From an uncultured Pirellulaceae bacterium (lineage in GTDB: Bacteria > Planctomycetota > Planctomycetia > Pirellulales > Pirellulaceae), in assembly GCA_964434955.1 (NCBI GenBank), contig CAYSXI010000016.1:14808-46807 (forward strand): 32,000 nucleotides of DNA, written 5' to 3'. Numbering within the stretch: the stretch's first letter is position 1; each line of letters begins with the position of its first letter. A program made the position numbers and the translations under genes. The notes under the pieces were generated by a model. It ran no database searches and had not been told where the DNA came from. It saw only the letters and a list, made by a program, of their open reading frames with translations. Below are positions 1 through 9,125 of the stretch, piece after piece.

Positions 1-1312
1 GTGGCATGGCCGGCGTCTTGAAGTTCGGATCGAGCCCGCCCCAGGGTGACCAGCACCAACCGCCTTTTTTGCCAACACTTCCGACCACCGCATTCAACAT
101 TTGAACGGCACGGTCATTGTAAAAACCATTGAGGTGGGCCGACGAACCCCGGTTGCACATGGTCGTGGCCGCCGGCGCCGCTTTGGCAAACTCAAGTGCG
201 ATTCGTCGAATGTCTTTGGCGGGAATCCCGCTCACGTTTTCGGCCCATTCCGGTGTGTGGGGCGCGAGATGGGACTTGAGATCCTCGACCGATATGTTCG
301 TCCAGTTCTCGATGAACTCTTTATCGTGAAGATCGGCGGCGAGAATCGCCTGGCTCATTGCCAAGGCAACCGCGCCATCGGTTCCCGGGAATGGCGAGAA
401 CCATTCGTCACTTGCACCCGCCGTATTTGAAAGACGAACATCAAACGTAACCAGCTTGGCGCCGTTTTCGAATCGCCCATTTTGAATCCGATTCGCAAAC
501 GGGATGTGGCCCTGGTGGGCTTCGAAAGCATTGGAGCCAAAATTAAGAATGTACTTGCTGTTTTCGACATCGTTCAGATCCCAATCGCTTTCCCAAAGGT
601 AGGTCAGATTGGCAGCCCGACGGTTGCCGGAGCAAAGGGAACGGTGACTCAACTGCGTGCTGGTTCCGAACGCATTCAAGAATCGTTTCAAAGCATCTTT
701 GCTGCGTTGCCGACCCTGGTGGAATGCAAACTCCTCGAGTCGCCCGGAGTCGCGCACAGCTTTCAGCTTCTGGGCGATTTCATCCAGCGCTTCGTCCCAT
801 GAAATTCGCTTCCATTTGCCTTCGCCGCGTTCGCCAACACGCTTCAACGGGTAGAGCAAACGTTCCGGGTGATAAAGATGATTCAGACCGGCGTGCCCAC
901 GCGCACAGACCTTCCCTCGACTGTTGGGGTCGTTGGGGTTGCCTTCAATTTTAAGAAGGCGTCCTTCCTTCACGTGTCCGACAATGCCACAAACGGTACT
1001 GCAAAGCTGGCACATGCCAGGAATCTTTTTGGTGCCTTGATACTTGTCTTTGGGCGGCCAGTTCTTCTTTTTCTGAGGGCCCGGCAACATGCAGACTCCG
1101 GGCATCGGATGATCGCCCGATTCGTAAGGCTTGCCGCGATTGCGTTCCCATTTTTCAAGATCCACACCCAGGGTCAGGTCCTTGTCTTTGGAATCCTGAT
1201 CTTGCGTGGCCTTGTTCTTATTGCCGCAACCTGGGATGCCGGCAGCTGATATTCCGCTCGCACCCAGGAGGGCGCCGAGTCGTAGAAAATCTCTTCTTGA
1301 GCGTTTGGTCAC
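1..1312 (-). CDS. Molybdopterin (bis-MGD, DMSO-reductase family) oxidoreductase catalytic subunit. N-terminal part only; the gene runs off the window start.
   Basis: Manual minus-strand translation from GTG at 1312-1310 stays open to position 1. The ORF is absent from the track because no stop lies in the window. The N-terminus 'VTKRSRRDFLRLGALLGASG' is a twin-arginine signal. 'CQLCSTVCGIVGHV...(27 aa)...CARG' is the MopB N-terminal 4Fe-4S Cys motif, followed by 'RISWDEALDEIAQKL'. The GTG start overlaps the TGA stop of the upstream FeS gene (GTGA at 1309-1312). Confidence 0.85.
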   Translation of the reverse strand, partial: MTKRSRRDFLRLGALLGASGISAAGIPGCGNKNKATQDQDSKDKDLTLGVDLEKWERNRGKPYESGDHPMPGVCMLPGPQKKKNWPPKDKYQGTKKIPGMCQLCSTVCGIVGHVKEGRLLKIEGNPNDPNSRGKVCARGHAGLNHLYHPERLLYPLKRVGERGEGKWKRISWDEALDEIAQKLKAVRDSGRLEEFAFHQGRQRSKDALKRFLNAFGTSTQLSHRSLCSGNRRAANLTYLWESDWDLNDVENSKYILNFGSNAFEAHQGHIPFANRIQNGRFENGAKLVTFDVRLSNTAGASDEWFSPFPGTDGAVALAMSQAILAADLHDKEFIENWTNISVEDLKSHLAPHTPEWAENVSGIPAKDIRRIALEFAKAAPAATTMCNRGSSAHLNGFYNDRAVQMLNAVVGSVGKKGGWCWSPWGGLDPNFKTPAMP

Positions 1313-2301
1313 TTTGACGGCTCCTGTTTCTTCTCTCGTTCGACCCGGGATTTAGATTCGACAACCGGTTTTTCTTTCCAGTTGTAAATGCTGTAGGCCT
1401 CGGGGCCGTACGAACTACCTTCTCGCGGAACGCGTTCCTCTATCTCTTGAGTTGCGGGCCCGCTAAACCACATTCGCGGCTTGGTGTTTTTCTCTTCACG
1501 AAGTTGCGAAACTTCGACGCCTTCCTTTTCCATTTTTTCGATGGCTTTCGAAACTTTGGATTCGGGGTCGTTCAGGTCGCCAAAGTAAATTGCGTCCGCT
1601 GGACAGGTGTCAGTACAGGCGGGTTCCATTCCTTCATCCACCCGGTGCACGCAGTTGTGACACTTGACGGCCTGGTTGGCGACCGGATCCATGTAAATCG
1701 CGCCATAGGGGCAAACGTCCACACAGGTTCCGTGCCCGCAACAAATTTCATAGTCGACCAACACGCTTCCACCGGTCCCTTTTTTCAACGCGCCGCAAGG
1801 ACAGGCTTTGATGCAGGGGGCGTCTTCGCAGTGTTGGCAAGCCATCGGCAAGAACATTCGCGCAACCTTCGGGTATTCACCCACATCCTTGTAAAAGGTC
1901 TGCCGAATATAGTTGCCGAGCGGAACATCGTTTTCCGCCTTGCAAGAGACTTCGCATCCGTGGCAACCAAAACACCTTCGAGTGTCCACGAACCAAGCCA
2001 GCTTTTTGCCATCGTCGGGAGCCTGCATCCGCTCCTTCCAATAACTTTCCGGTTTGAAAAGTTCTTCTGGCTCTTGGGCAGCGCTTTCATCGCCGGCTAA
2101 AGAAATCGCGCCAGTAGCGACCAAGGCAGTCGATGCGTCTTTGAGAAATTCACGCCGCGAAGAGGCATTGGCGTCAGGCGATTGAGTCTGTTTATCCAGA
2201 TCAGGCGGGGTTGGGTCGACAGGGGCTGACTTGTTCTCGTCGTGGTAGCCTGATTCGTTTGATACAGTTGGTTCGTTTGATTCAGATCGATTGCCGCGCA
2301 T
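1309..2301 (-). CDS. 4Fe-4S dicluster iron-sulfur subunit (DmsB/PsrB/NrfC-like) with its own Tat signal
   Basis: 330-aa ORF. It contains 'SRREFLKDASTALVATGAISLAG' (Tat motif) and four ferredoxin-type Cys clusters: 'CFGCHGCEVSC', 'CQHCEDAPCIKACP', 'CCGHGTCVDVCP' and 'CHNCVHR...CTDTCP'. It is translationally coupled to the Mo subunit. Confidence 0.9.
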   Translation of the reverse strand: MRGNRSESNEPTVSNESGYHDENKSAPVDPTPPDLDKQTQSPDANASSRREFLKDASTALVATGAISLAGDESAAQEPEELFKPESYWKERMQAPDDGKKLAWFVDTRRCFGCHGCEVSCKAENDVPLGNYIRQTFYKDVGEYPKVARMFLPMACQHCEDAPCIKACPCGALKKGTGGSVLVDYEICCGHGTCVDVCPYGAIYMDPVANQAVKCHNCVHRVDEGMEPACTDTCPADAIYFGDLNDPESKVSKAIEKMEKEGVEVSQLREEKNTKPRMWFSGPATQEIEERVPREGSSYGPEAYSIYNWKEKPVVESKSRVEREKKQEPSK

Positions 2302-2533
2302 GGATCGTTTCCACCTGACCCGGGCCGCCGACCGACGACCTAGCTAGGTGTTACTCAGTTTCGGTTAATGAATGAAAAATACGTATGCATGATCGTAAGG
2401 AAGCATGGTAAGCCGCATATCTTAGGGGACCCAAGCTTGAGACGCAATCAAAGTTTTGGCGCGTTTGTGCTTTGGGAACGGACAATCCGTGTCTTCTTTT
2501 ACACACGACTGTTATTGGCCGGGTCAAATACAA

Positions 2534-3343
2534 TCAGTCAGGTTCTGAAAATTGAAAATCCAGAATCCGGTGTCGGCTAACGAATCCCGCTTTCTCGATT
2601 GCTCTTCGCGCCGGTCGGTTTCCAAACTCGGTTGAACAGATCGCACTGCGTCCCGAGTCACGGCAGCGATTGCGCAGCGTCATCAAGATGGAGGTTGCAA
2701 GCCCCTGGCCGCGAAAGTCGTTGCCGACGATCATTCCTAGATCGGCAAATGACTTCTGTGATCGGCTAGGCCGATACTCGCCCGTTGCGATCAGCCGTTT
2801 TTCTTTCCAGAGGCCAAAAAGTTCTTCGCCCTGGATTCGCTCGGTCAAGTATTGTGTCAACCAATTTCGATCCGCTCCAAGCGTCGTTTCGCAAAACCCA
2901 ACCGCCGCATCAAGTTGATTGCTGTGCAGCACTTGGAATTCACAACCCGTCGGCCAATCAACGGGTTCGATCGAGTCTTCGTTGGGTTCGTAATACATCA
3001 ACGCGTTGACCTGGACGCCTCTCTGTACATCGTGGCACAAAGAAAGCGTGTTTGAATCGGAGGTTGGCACGACCGCGGCAATGATTTCCTTTTCTGCAAG
3101 CAGCTGTTCGAACGCATTCCGGCTGTGGATGGTGCTGGAAGTGAAAAACTGAAGAAGCTTTCCCTCTTGGTTGATCGCCGCATACCCAAGGCACTCGTTA
3201 CCATCGAAGAATCCGAAATGATTCGCCATGTTGGCAAACGATTCCCACATCCCATCCAAGGGAGCGGTCAAGCTTTCGAGGTAGGCAGACTTGAGGAGCT
3301 CCACCTCAGCCAAATCGACTTGTTTGATCTCAAATTTGTTCAT
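2534..3343 (-). CDS. GNAT family N-acetyltransferase
   Basis: 269-aa ORF. The C-terminal half carries the acetyl-CoA motif A 'GNDFRGQGLATSIL' and 'ARRAIEKAGF'. It starts 12 nt after the upstream gene's stop. Confidence 0.8.
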   Translation of the reverse strand: MNKFEIKQVDLAEVELLKSAYLESLTAPLDGMWESFANMANHFGFFDGNECLGYAAINQEGKLLQFFTSSTIHSRNAFEQLLAEKEIIAAVVPTSDSNTLSLCHDVQRGVQVNALMYYEPNEDSIEPVDWPTGCEFQVLHSNQLDAAVGFCETTLGADRNWLTQYLTERIQGEELFGLWKEKRLIATGEYRPSRSQKSFADLGMIVGNDFRGQGLATSILMTLRNRCRDSGRSAICSTEFGNRPARRAIEKAGFVSRHRILDFQFSEPD

Positions 3344-3355
3344 GTTTTCGTCGGA

Positions 3356-3697
3356 TCAAAGATCGGCATCCATCCGTTTTTGCCGTCGTTCCTCGTAGCG
3401 TTCCAATGCAAGAGCGTAGCGTCTGACCCGTTGGTGTACAAACAGTCCGTAACCATTCGCGATGAAGAACAAGGGAATCGAGGCAAGCAGGAATATTGAT
3501 TTTTCAAAGAACAGGCCGTAAGTCAACAAAGACACGGCGAGGGTCGTTCCGATTCCCGAAGCAAGCCAGGCGATTTCTCCTCGCGGCTCATGACGACTGC
3601 CGTTTTGCCCTTCGATCATGTAAGCCTTGCGTTCGACTTCCCATTCGTCGTCGAGCTGTTTCAAATCCGCAATCAGTTTTGTATCAACGTTCATCAT
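3356..3697 (-). CDS. Small hypothetical membrane protein with two predicted TM helices
   Basis: Hydrophobic stretches 'IAWLASGIGTTLAVSLLTYGLFF' and 'IFLLASIPLFFIANGYGLFV'. The ATG at 3697-3695 overlaps the kinase stop as ATGA. The longest ORF would instead start at 3742. No family recognised. Confidence 0.5.
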   Translation of the reverse strand: MMNVDTKLIADLKQLDDEWEVERKAYMIEGQNGSRHEPRGEIAWLASGIGTTLAVSLLTYGLFFEKSIFLLASIPLFFIANGYGLFVHQRVRRYALALERYEERRQKRMDADL

Positions 3698-6600
3698 TCT
3701 GGCCTTTCTGATTTTCGGGCCTTGATGGCCTCCAAGCTCCAAACGCGACAGGAGTGAATCAGTCGAGAGCTTCCTGAAGCAAGCCAGCGGGAATCATGGC
3801 TAAACTGCAGGTCATTGATGGGGCGGCGATGTCCTTGGAGCGTGTAACGCTTCTCACGACTCTCGAGTTCAAATACCTCGATCGCGAATTTGAGCTGCGA
3901 ACCGGTCGAAGCCGCAACGTAGTGGCCGTCACGCGAAAAGCAGGCCGTCCTTCCTCCCGAACCCATCTTGAGAATCGGCTGGTAGCCATTCCGCAGGTCG
4001 AATACCGTGGTACCCCGAGCTGATACGCTGGCAAGCAGGTAGCGATCGTCGCGAGAAAACTCAATCTTGCTCAGAACTGGTTTTCGCCAGTCGGTTGAAC
4101 TCAAGTCCAACGCATGTTTTGTTTCGCCGGTTGCGGCGTCGAAAAGAACGACGGTTCCATTGGTGTAACCGGCCGCGACCGTCTGGCCATCATTGGAAAC
4201 GCCAACACTGCTACAAATTGTTTCGTTTGGCCCCAGTTCATCTTGGCCTGGGAATTTCATCGCTTTTCGTGCACCTAGTTGGCCATCGGACGCGATATCA
4301 AAATAAATCATCCCGCCGCGATCGCAGGCGTAAATCCGGTTGCGATTTGGATCAAAAAGAACATTCCAGAATTCTGGAATCGTCGAGTCAAGATTCTTCA
4401 GGTTGGAAATACGTTCGGAAACATCGGCGATCTCGCCGTCCAACTGCACGTGTCCCGTGTCGGTTGGTTTTAGAAACTGAGCGCGTTCACAACTTAAGTC
4501 AAAAAGCAGAAACCTGGGAATCGAGAATGCATTTGACTCGACCGATTCGTTGATACGGATTTGAACTAGACGAGATTCCTGGTCCGACCGAGTTCCTTCG
4601 CAGACCGCCCAAAGATTGGTGCCATTGGTCGCGAACTCGACTTTTTTCGTAGCGCCGGAGGTTGGAATCACCGCGTGGGGATAGGCGTTTTTGTAGTCAA
4701 AAAATTTGATCTTATCACCGGTTACCGCAATCAATGTTTTGGATTCATCATCGAAAAACAGGTCAACCAAAGGCCCGCCCAAATTGATGTCCAGGCACAT
4801 TTGTTGGCCATTCGAATCCCAAAAACGGAGGTCACCGCGATCGGTAAAGCTATAAATTCGATTGGGCGACGGCGTGGAGCGCGTAAGGGCTGTGTGATTA
4901 TGAGCGACGCCGTCGGATAACAATTTTCCCGTGTGGATATCGACTTGGGCAATCGAACGATCCGAGTGAGCCAGTAAAATTCTTGCCCGCTTCGGCAGAA
5001 AACAGATCGACTGTGGGTAGTCGAAATTTGTTTCAAAAACTTTCTCAACGGATGGATAGTTGAAAAGGACAAGGCGGGAAGTGTCAGTAATTGCCAGCTG
5101 CTTCCCGTCGTCGCTTAACTTGAAATCCGTCAACGGAGACGAGGAACGAAACAGGATTTCTTCTTCGGTTTTCTGAGCGAAGTTCCAGGATACCAAGGTT
5201 GAGTTCGCGGTTGCGCGTTCGGCGATTAACAGATGCGGTTCGGTGGCAGGAAACGCCAAATGAGCAATGGGCCATTGGCCTGTTCGTTTTGCAACTTGCC
5301 GTCCGGACGGATCGTGAATGATTATCGTGCCTTGATGATCATGAACGGCGATTTGTTTGCCATCGGAACGTACCACAATTCCTGCAATCTTCGGAATCGA
5401 GTCAAATTCGCTTGTCTGGATTCGGGAGGTGATATCAAGACATCGAATTTTCGAACCAACGGCGATGTAGATCTTCTGATTCGATGGCGAAAATGCGCAA
5501 CAGGATACGCGCCCGGATCCAACCTCAACCGAGTCGACACCGTGCTTTGTGATGCTGTACACCAAGTCGTGTTCCAGGTCGCGATAGGATAGCGGGCTCG
5601 TTTCGAGAATCTCCATCGCGGAGATGGGTAGTCCTTTGAGCGATAAATTGAAAGCCGCGGAAACCTGTAAGGCATAATTGGTGCGCCGCGCTCGAGAGAG
5701 AAGTGTTTCGACTTTTCTCTTTTGACGTTTCAACCGACCTTCACTTTCGGCCAGTTGTTTCGCTTCCTGTTTCCAGCGAGATTCATTGGATTTTGCAATC
5801 GCCGCATTGCCCGAAGAGCGAAACGCGAAAAAAGTTGTGCCGATGAGCCCGATTAGCAAACTTGCGGCAAGCGCTATCGACAAGGTGCCAATACGTGGAT
5901 TCCGCTGAAACCACTTTTGCAACTGTTCATGCCAAGTAGGTGTGCGGGCCGAAATGGTTTCGCCATTTAAAAAACGTTGCAGGTCTTCGGCCAGATGCTG
6001 GGCGGTTTGATACCGGGCGTCCGGCTTTTTTTCGAGACATTTCAAGCAGATGGCTTTGAGGTCTTTCGGGATGTTTGACGCGGCGGCAGTCCAGGAAACG
6101 GGTTCCGTTTCGATTGCCATCAATGTCAGGATCGGATTGTCTTTTCGAAACGGCGGTTGCCCCGTTAGCAACTCAAAGAGAATTGAGCCCAACGAGTAAA
6201 TGTCCGAGCGCTCATCGGAGATTGAAGAATCTCCTTTCGCCTGCTCGGGAGACATGTAAGCGGGTGTGCCCAAAATATCGCCCGTGTTCGTCAGGGTCGG
6301 ATTGTGATCGGAAAACTTTGCCAAGCCAAAATCGGCGATACAGATTCGTGAAACGAACTCTTGTTCGTTGACGTCCGAAATCGGCTTTGAAAACAAAAGG
6401 TTTGCCGGCTTCAAGTCGCGATGCACGACCCCTCGAGAATGCGCGTATTGGATTGCTTCGGCGAGCACGCGCGCAATCTTCGCCGCCAAATTTGGATTGG
6501 GCGGTTGAGTGGGCGAAGCAAGCCACTCGGAAAGTGACGGTCCTTCGGCAAATCCGTAGGCCAGAAAAACTTCGGATTCGGTCGCCGAGCTCTGATAGAG

Positions 6601-7086
6601 AGGGATAATGTTTGGATGCGAAAGCATGGCCGCTGCTTTTGCTTCGCGCTGAAAACGTTTTCGTTGCCCTGCGTCATTTAAATGCAGGCCATGAGGAACC
6701 TTGATCGCGACGTGACGTTCCAGCTGTTTGTCGAATCCAAGAAAAACCTGCCCATAGCCCCCCTGCCCCAGCAGTCGATCGATCCGGTAATCACCAATGT
6801 ATCTGGCGTTCTCCGGTTCGGCCGGCGGGAAGCTTTTAAGTGTCGACGCTTCACGTTGATTGGCTTCAGCCCGCGTCTTGTTCGTTGCCTGTGTCGTCTC
6901 CAGCCCCTTCGGCCGAGCGGCATCCAGGAGGTTCAGGCAACTCAGGCGACGATTGAGTTCCAGCATTTCCTGATCGGACAGGCGTTCAATTTCAGTTGAG
7001 TCGATTGAACTGGAATGCGAGTCAAGCAGAAGGTCAAAATCCTCGACCAGCTTTTCGACATTCACATTGTTTTCAGGAGGACTCAT
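3694..7086 (-). CDS. Ser/Thr protein kinase with one TM helix and a large C-terminal WD40/beta-propeller region
   Basis: 1130-aa ORF. Hanks motifs: 'LGQGGYGQVF', 'VAIKV', 'HRDLKPANLL', 'DFGLAK' and 'GTPAYMSPEQ'. TM segment 'IGTLSIALAASLLIGLIGTTFFAF'. The C-terminus has WD-like repeats, for example 'GHRRPINDLQFSHDSRWLASGS...RVWSLE'. The start overlaps the sigma gene by 14 nt. Confidence 0.95.
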   Translation of the reverse strand: MSPPENNVNVEKLVEDFDLLLDSHSSSIDSTEIERLSDQEMLELNRRLSCLNLLDAARPKGLETTQATNKTRAEANQREASTLKSFPPAEPENARYIGDYRIDRLLGQGGYGQVFLGFDKQLERHVAIKVPHGLHLNDAGQRKRFQREAKAAAMLSHPNIIPLYQSSATESEVFLAYGFAEGPSLSEWLASPTQPPNPNLAAKIARVLAEAIQYAHSRGVVHRDLKPANLLFSKPISDVNEQEFVSRICIADFGLAKFSDHNPTLTNTGDILGTPAYMSPEQAKGDSSISDERSDIYSLGSILFELLTGQPPFRKDNPILTLMAIETEPVSWTAAASNIPKDLKAICLKCLEKKPDARYQTAQHLAEDLQRFLNGETISARTPTWHEQLQKWFQRNPRIGTLSIALAASLLIGLIGTTFFAFRSSGNAAIAKSNESRWKQEAKQLAESEGRLKRQKRKVETLLSRARRTNYALQVSAAFNLSLKGLPISAMEILETSPLSYRDLEHDLVYSITKHGVDSVEVGSGRVSCCAFSPSNQKIYIAVGSKIRCLDITSRIQTSEFDSIPKIAGIVVRSDGKQIAVHDHQGTIIIHDPSGRQVAKRTGQWPIAHLAFPATEPHLLIAERATANSTLVSWNFAQKTEEEILFRSSSPLTDFKLSDDGKQLAITDTSRLVLFNYPSVEKVFETNFDYPQSICFLPKRARILLAHSDRSIAQVDIHTGKLLSDGVAHNHTALTRSTPSPNRIYSFTDRGDLRFWDSNGQQMCLDINLGGPLVDLFFDDESKTLIAVTGDKIKFFDYKNAYPHAVIPTSGATKKVEFATNGTNLWAVCEGTRSDQESRLVQIRINESVESNAFSIPRFLLFDLSCERAQFLKPTDTGHVQLDGEIADVSERISNLKNLDSTIPEFWNVLFDPNRNRIYACDRGGMIYFDIASDGQLGARKAMKFPGQDELGPNETICSSVGVSNDGQTVAAGYTNGTVVLFDAATGETKHALDLSSTDWRKPVLSKIEFSRDDRYLLASVSARGTTVFDLRNGYQPILKMGSGGRTACFSRDGHYVAASTGSQLKFAIEVFELESREKRYTLQGHRRPINDLQFSHDSRWLASGSSRLIHSCRVWSLEAIKARKSERPE

Positions 7087-7690
7087 GGCTTCTCATCAAT
7101 TGATCAAGCTTAACAATTGCTCTTTGCCAGGTTTTTTTGACGGCTTCTTCATTCTTGTTCAAGTGCTCGGCAATCTTCGCAAAAGGCCAACGCTCCCAGT
7201 TTCGTAACTTGATCACTTGCTGATCGAATTCGGGCAACTTGAGGACCGCTTGGCGAACCAATTGAATTTGTTCCTCGCGAAGCGCCGTCGATTGAGGCGT
7301 CAAATCTGCGTTTTCAGGATCGCCGACTCCATGATTCTTTGAATCACCATCAATGCTTCGTTCTCGAGCGGCATCCCGGGATTGCCTTTTGAACGCACGA
7401 CGCGCCTGGTTGATTTCGTTGATCAAGATCGTACGCAGCCAACCTCGAAATTCCTTGCTGTTGTTTCCACGAAAATCGTCCAGTGCCGCCGCCGCTTTGG
7501 CAAACGCCATTTGAACCGCGTCGGACTCGCCAAACTTCTGTCGCAAGCCCGCATCCAATTCGTAATTGGAAATCAGCATCAAGTACTCTTCGTGCTGTTT
7601 GAAGAGCTCGTTGGTTGACTTTTTGCAACCGTCCTTTGCGGCTTTCAACAAAAGCGTGACATCGCGGTCTGCGGGGTCTCGTTCGTTCAA
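7073..7690 (-). CDS. ECF-type RNA polymerase sigma-70 factor
   Basis: 205-aa ORF. Sigma-2-like 'FRGWLRTILINEINQARR' and sigma-4 HTH 'LPEFDQQVIKLRNWERWPFAKIAEHLNKNEEAVKKTWQRAIVKL'. It apparently starts at TTG (7690), and the first in-frame ATG would truncate region 2. It is coupled to the kinase. Confidence 0.85.
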   Translation of the reverse strand: MNERDPADRDVTLLLKAAKDGCKKSTNELFKQHEEYLMLISNYELDAGLRQKFGESDAVQMAFAKAAAALDDFRGNNSKEFRGWLRTILINEINQARRAFKRQSRDAARERSIDGDSKNHGVGDPENADLTPQSTALREEQIQLVRQAVLKLPEFDQQVIKLRNWERWPFAKIAEHLNKNEEAVKKTWQRAIVKLDQLMRSHESS

Positions 7691-7867
7691 GGATCTGGAT
7701 GCCTTTGGCAGTTCTGGGGGACAAATGTTTTTGAGATTTTCGATTTATTTTAGCCGCCCCCGCTTCAATTAAGAAACTCTTTCTTTTTTTGGTCCATTTT
7801 GTCCCCCGCCCGGTCAGCCGTCATCCATTTGATTGACTGATATTACAAAAACCAAGGAGACAAAACC

Positions 7868-8698
7868 ATGAAGAAAAAAATGAAGTTGATGTATGCACTG
7901 GCAGCTTTGATCGTTCTGACCGGATGCGGCACGACCGCGACCGTGGATCCTGGAAGTCCTGCCGAACCAAATCCAGAACCGGCCGCCATGTCGAGCCAGC
8001 CATCGGAGAACCAGTTGGAGGGGTTTGTCGGAGTTTGGATAGGAAAATATTCCGGGATTGATGACCAGATCACGATTCAGAAAACCAATGTGAGAGGTGA
8101 GTATCAAGTCGATCTGCACCAAAAATTCTCCAATCCCGACTCGGTCATCGCGCATAGCAACGCAGAAAATCAACTGGAAATCCGCAACCAAAACCTGGGC
8201 GGAGCTGCCGGGACGGCAACGCTAACATTCAAAGACGGGAAATTGATGCTCGAACAAAAGGGACTTGGTATGACCGTACGAGGGACTTACACGCGAGCAA
8301 GTGAATCGAAAGGCCACGCAAAGGATTCGATAGGCCAAGCGAATACAAATAACCATGCATCCGAAACCTCCCAACAAAAGGCGGTGACATCAACCAGCCT
8401 TCCCGACGATATTCCCGTGTTCCCAGAATCCGAAGAAACCATGAGCTTCGGCAAAAGAATTAAGAGCGTTCGTTTCAAGACCTTCAAATCGGCAAAAGAT
8501 ATTCACGATTTTTACATCAACCAGTTGACGCAAAATGACTGGGAAATTGGCAACGACGGAACCCTGACGATTCAAGCGTCGAAGGGAATCGCGAAAACCA
8601 AGGGTTTCAGGAAGCGGACCGTTACGATTTCAGTTTTGACACCGCGAGATCCCCGGGCGATTCAAGCCACCGAGTTTGTCATTCAATACAACGACTAA
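7868..8698 (+). CDS. Hypothetical lipoprotein
   Basis: Signal peptide plus lipobox 'MKKKMKLMYALAALIVLTGC'. AAGGAGA lies 8 nt upstream of the ATG. No family recognised. Confidence 0.7.
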   Translation: MKKKMKLMYALAALIVLTGCGTTATVDPGSPAEPNPEPAAMSSQPSENQLEGFVGVWIGKYSGIDDQITIQKTNVRGEYQVDLHQKFSNPDSVIAHSNAENQLEIRNQNLGGAAGTATLTFKDGKLMLEQKGLGMTVRGTYTRASESKGHAKDSIGQANTNNHASETSQQKAVTSTSLPDDIPVFPESEETMSFGKRIKSVRFKTFKSAKDIHDFYINQLTQNDWEIGNDGTLTIQASKGIAKTKGFRKRTVTISVLTPRDPRAIQATEFVIQYND

Positions 8699-8712
8699 GT
8701 GAGCTCCCAGAA

Positions 8713-8735
8713 AGCCGGAAACAATCCGGCTTTTT
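8713..8735. terminator. Rho-independent terminator hairpin shared by convergent genes
   Basis: AGCCGGA-aacaa-TCCGGCT followed by TTTTT on the + strand and preceded by AAA. It sits between the 8698 (+) stop and the 8736 (-) stop. Confidence 0.6.
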
Positions 8736-9125
8736 CTATTTATCGCTTCGTCCCGGATACAAAGGAAAATCCGAGATGATGATTTCGTTTACCCGACGGG
8801 TGTCGTCCAGTTTCAGCAAAACATATTTGCCTTCGCAGCGGTAAAGCATCTCTCCCGACACCCAGTTCTTATGCTCGCCATATTTCATTGACTTGGCATG
8901 CAGCGGATAAGAGAAAAGGGATTTTGCGGGATACCCGAAATTTGCTTCGATCTCTTCGAGTGTCATTCCCTTACGGTAGGAGTCAAGCTTGTTCGCCGTG
9001 GTATTCTCGGGCGGGTTCGCGTTTTTTCCACGGGAAGGCGACTCGGCATCACACCCGATCAGGGAGAAAGAGAAAAGCAGGCTCAGCAGAAAAACAAATC
9101 GACAAGGTAAGTTTGGCAGATGCAT
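8736..9125 (-). CDS. Small hypothetical lipoprotein with a BamE/SmpA-OmlA-like motif
   Basis: Lipobox 'LLFSFSLIGC'. 'GMTLEEIEANFGYP' resembles the SmpA/OmlA signature. This family assignment is tentative. Confidence 0.6.
   Translation of the reverse strand: MHLPNLPCRFVFLLSLLFSFSLIGCDAESPSRGKNANPPENTTANKLDSYRKGMTLEEIEANFGYPAKSLFSYPLHAKSMKYGEHKNWVSGEMLYRCEGKYVLLKLDDTRRVNEIIISDFPLYPGRSDK

Noticed and set aside
101-1249. Three plus-strand track ORFs (101-430, 482-802, 869-1249) that cover the left end of the window
   Set aside because: They are fragmented and Arg/Gly-rich, with no recognisable motifs. They lie antisense to an uninterrupted minus-strand frame that encodes a clear Tat-signal molybdopterin oxidoreductase, so I treat them as shadow ORFs.
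1447-2100. 217-aa plus-strand ORF
   Set aside because: It lies antisense to the 4Fe-4S subunit gene, whose Cys-cluster motifs are unambiguous. It has no motifs of its own.
3698-3742. Longest-ORF start (3742) for the small 2-TM protein, which would overlap the kinase 3' end by 49 nt
   Set aside because: The ATG at 3697 gives the classic ATGA stop/start overlap and removes a long out-of-frame overlap. The 5' extension ('MELGGHQGPKIRKAR') is kept only as an alternative.
7691-7867. Possible ECF-type promoter in the spacer between the sigma gene and the divergent lipoprotein gene (a repeated CCCCCGC at 7757-7763 and 7803-7809, and 'GTCAGCCGTCA')
   Set aside because: I cannot define a credible -35/-10 pair with correct spacing by eye, and the target motif of this ECF group is unknown to me. 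It is too weak to report as a feature.
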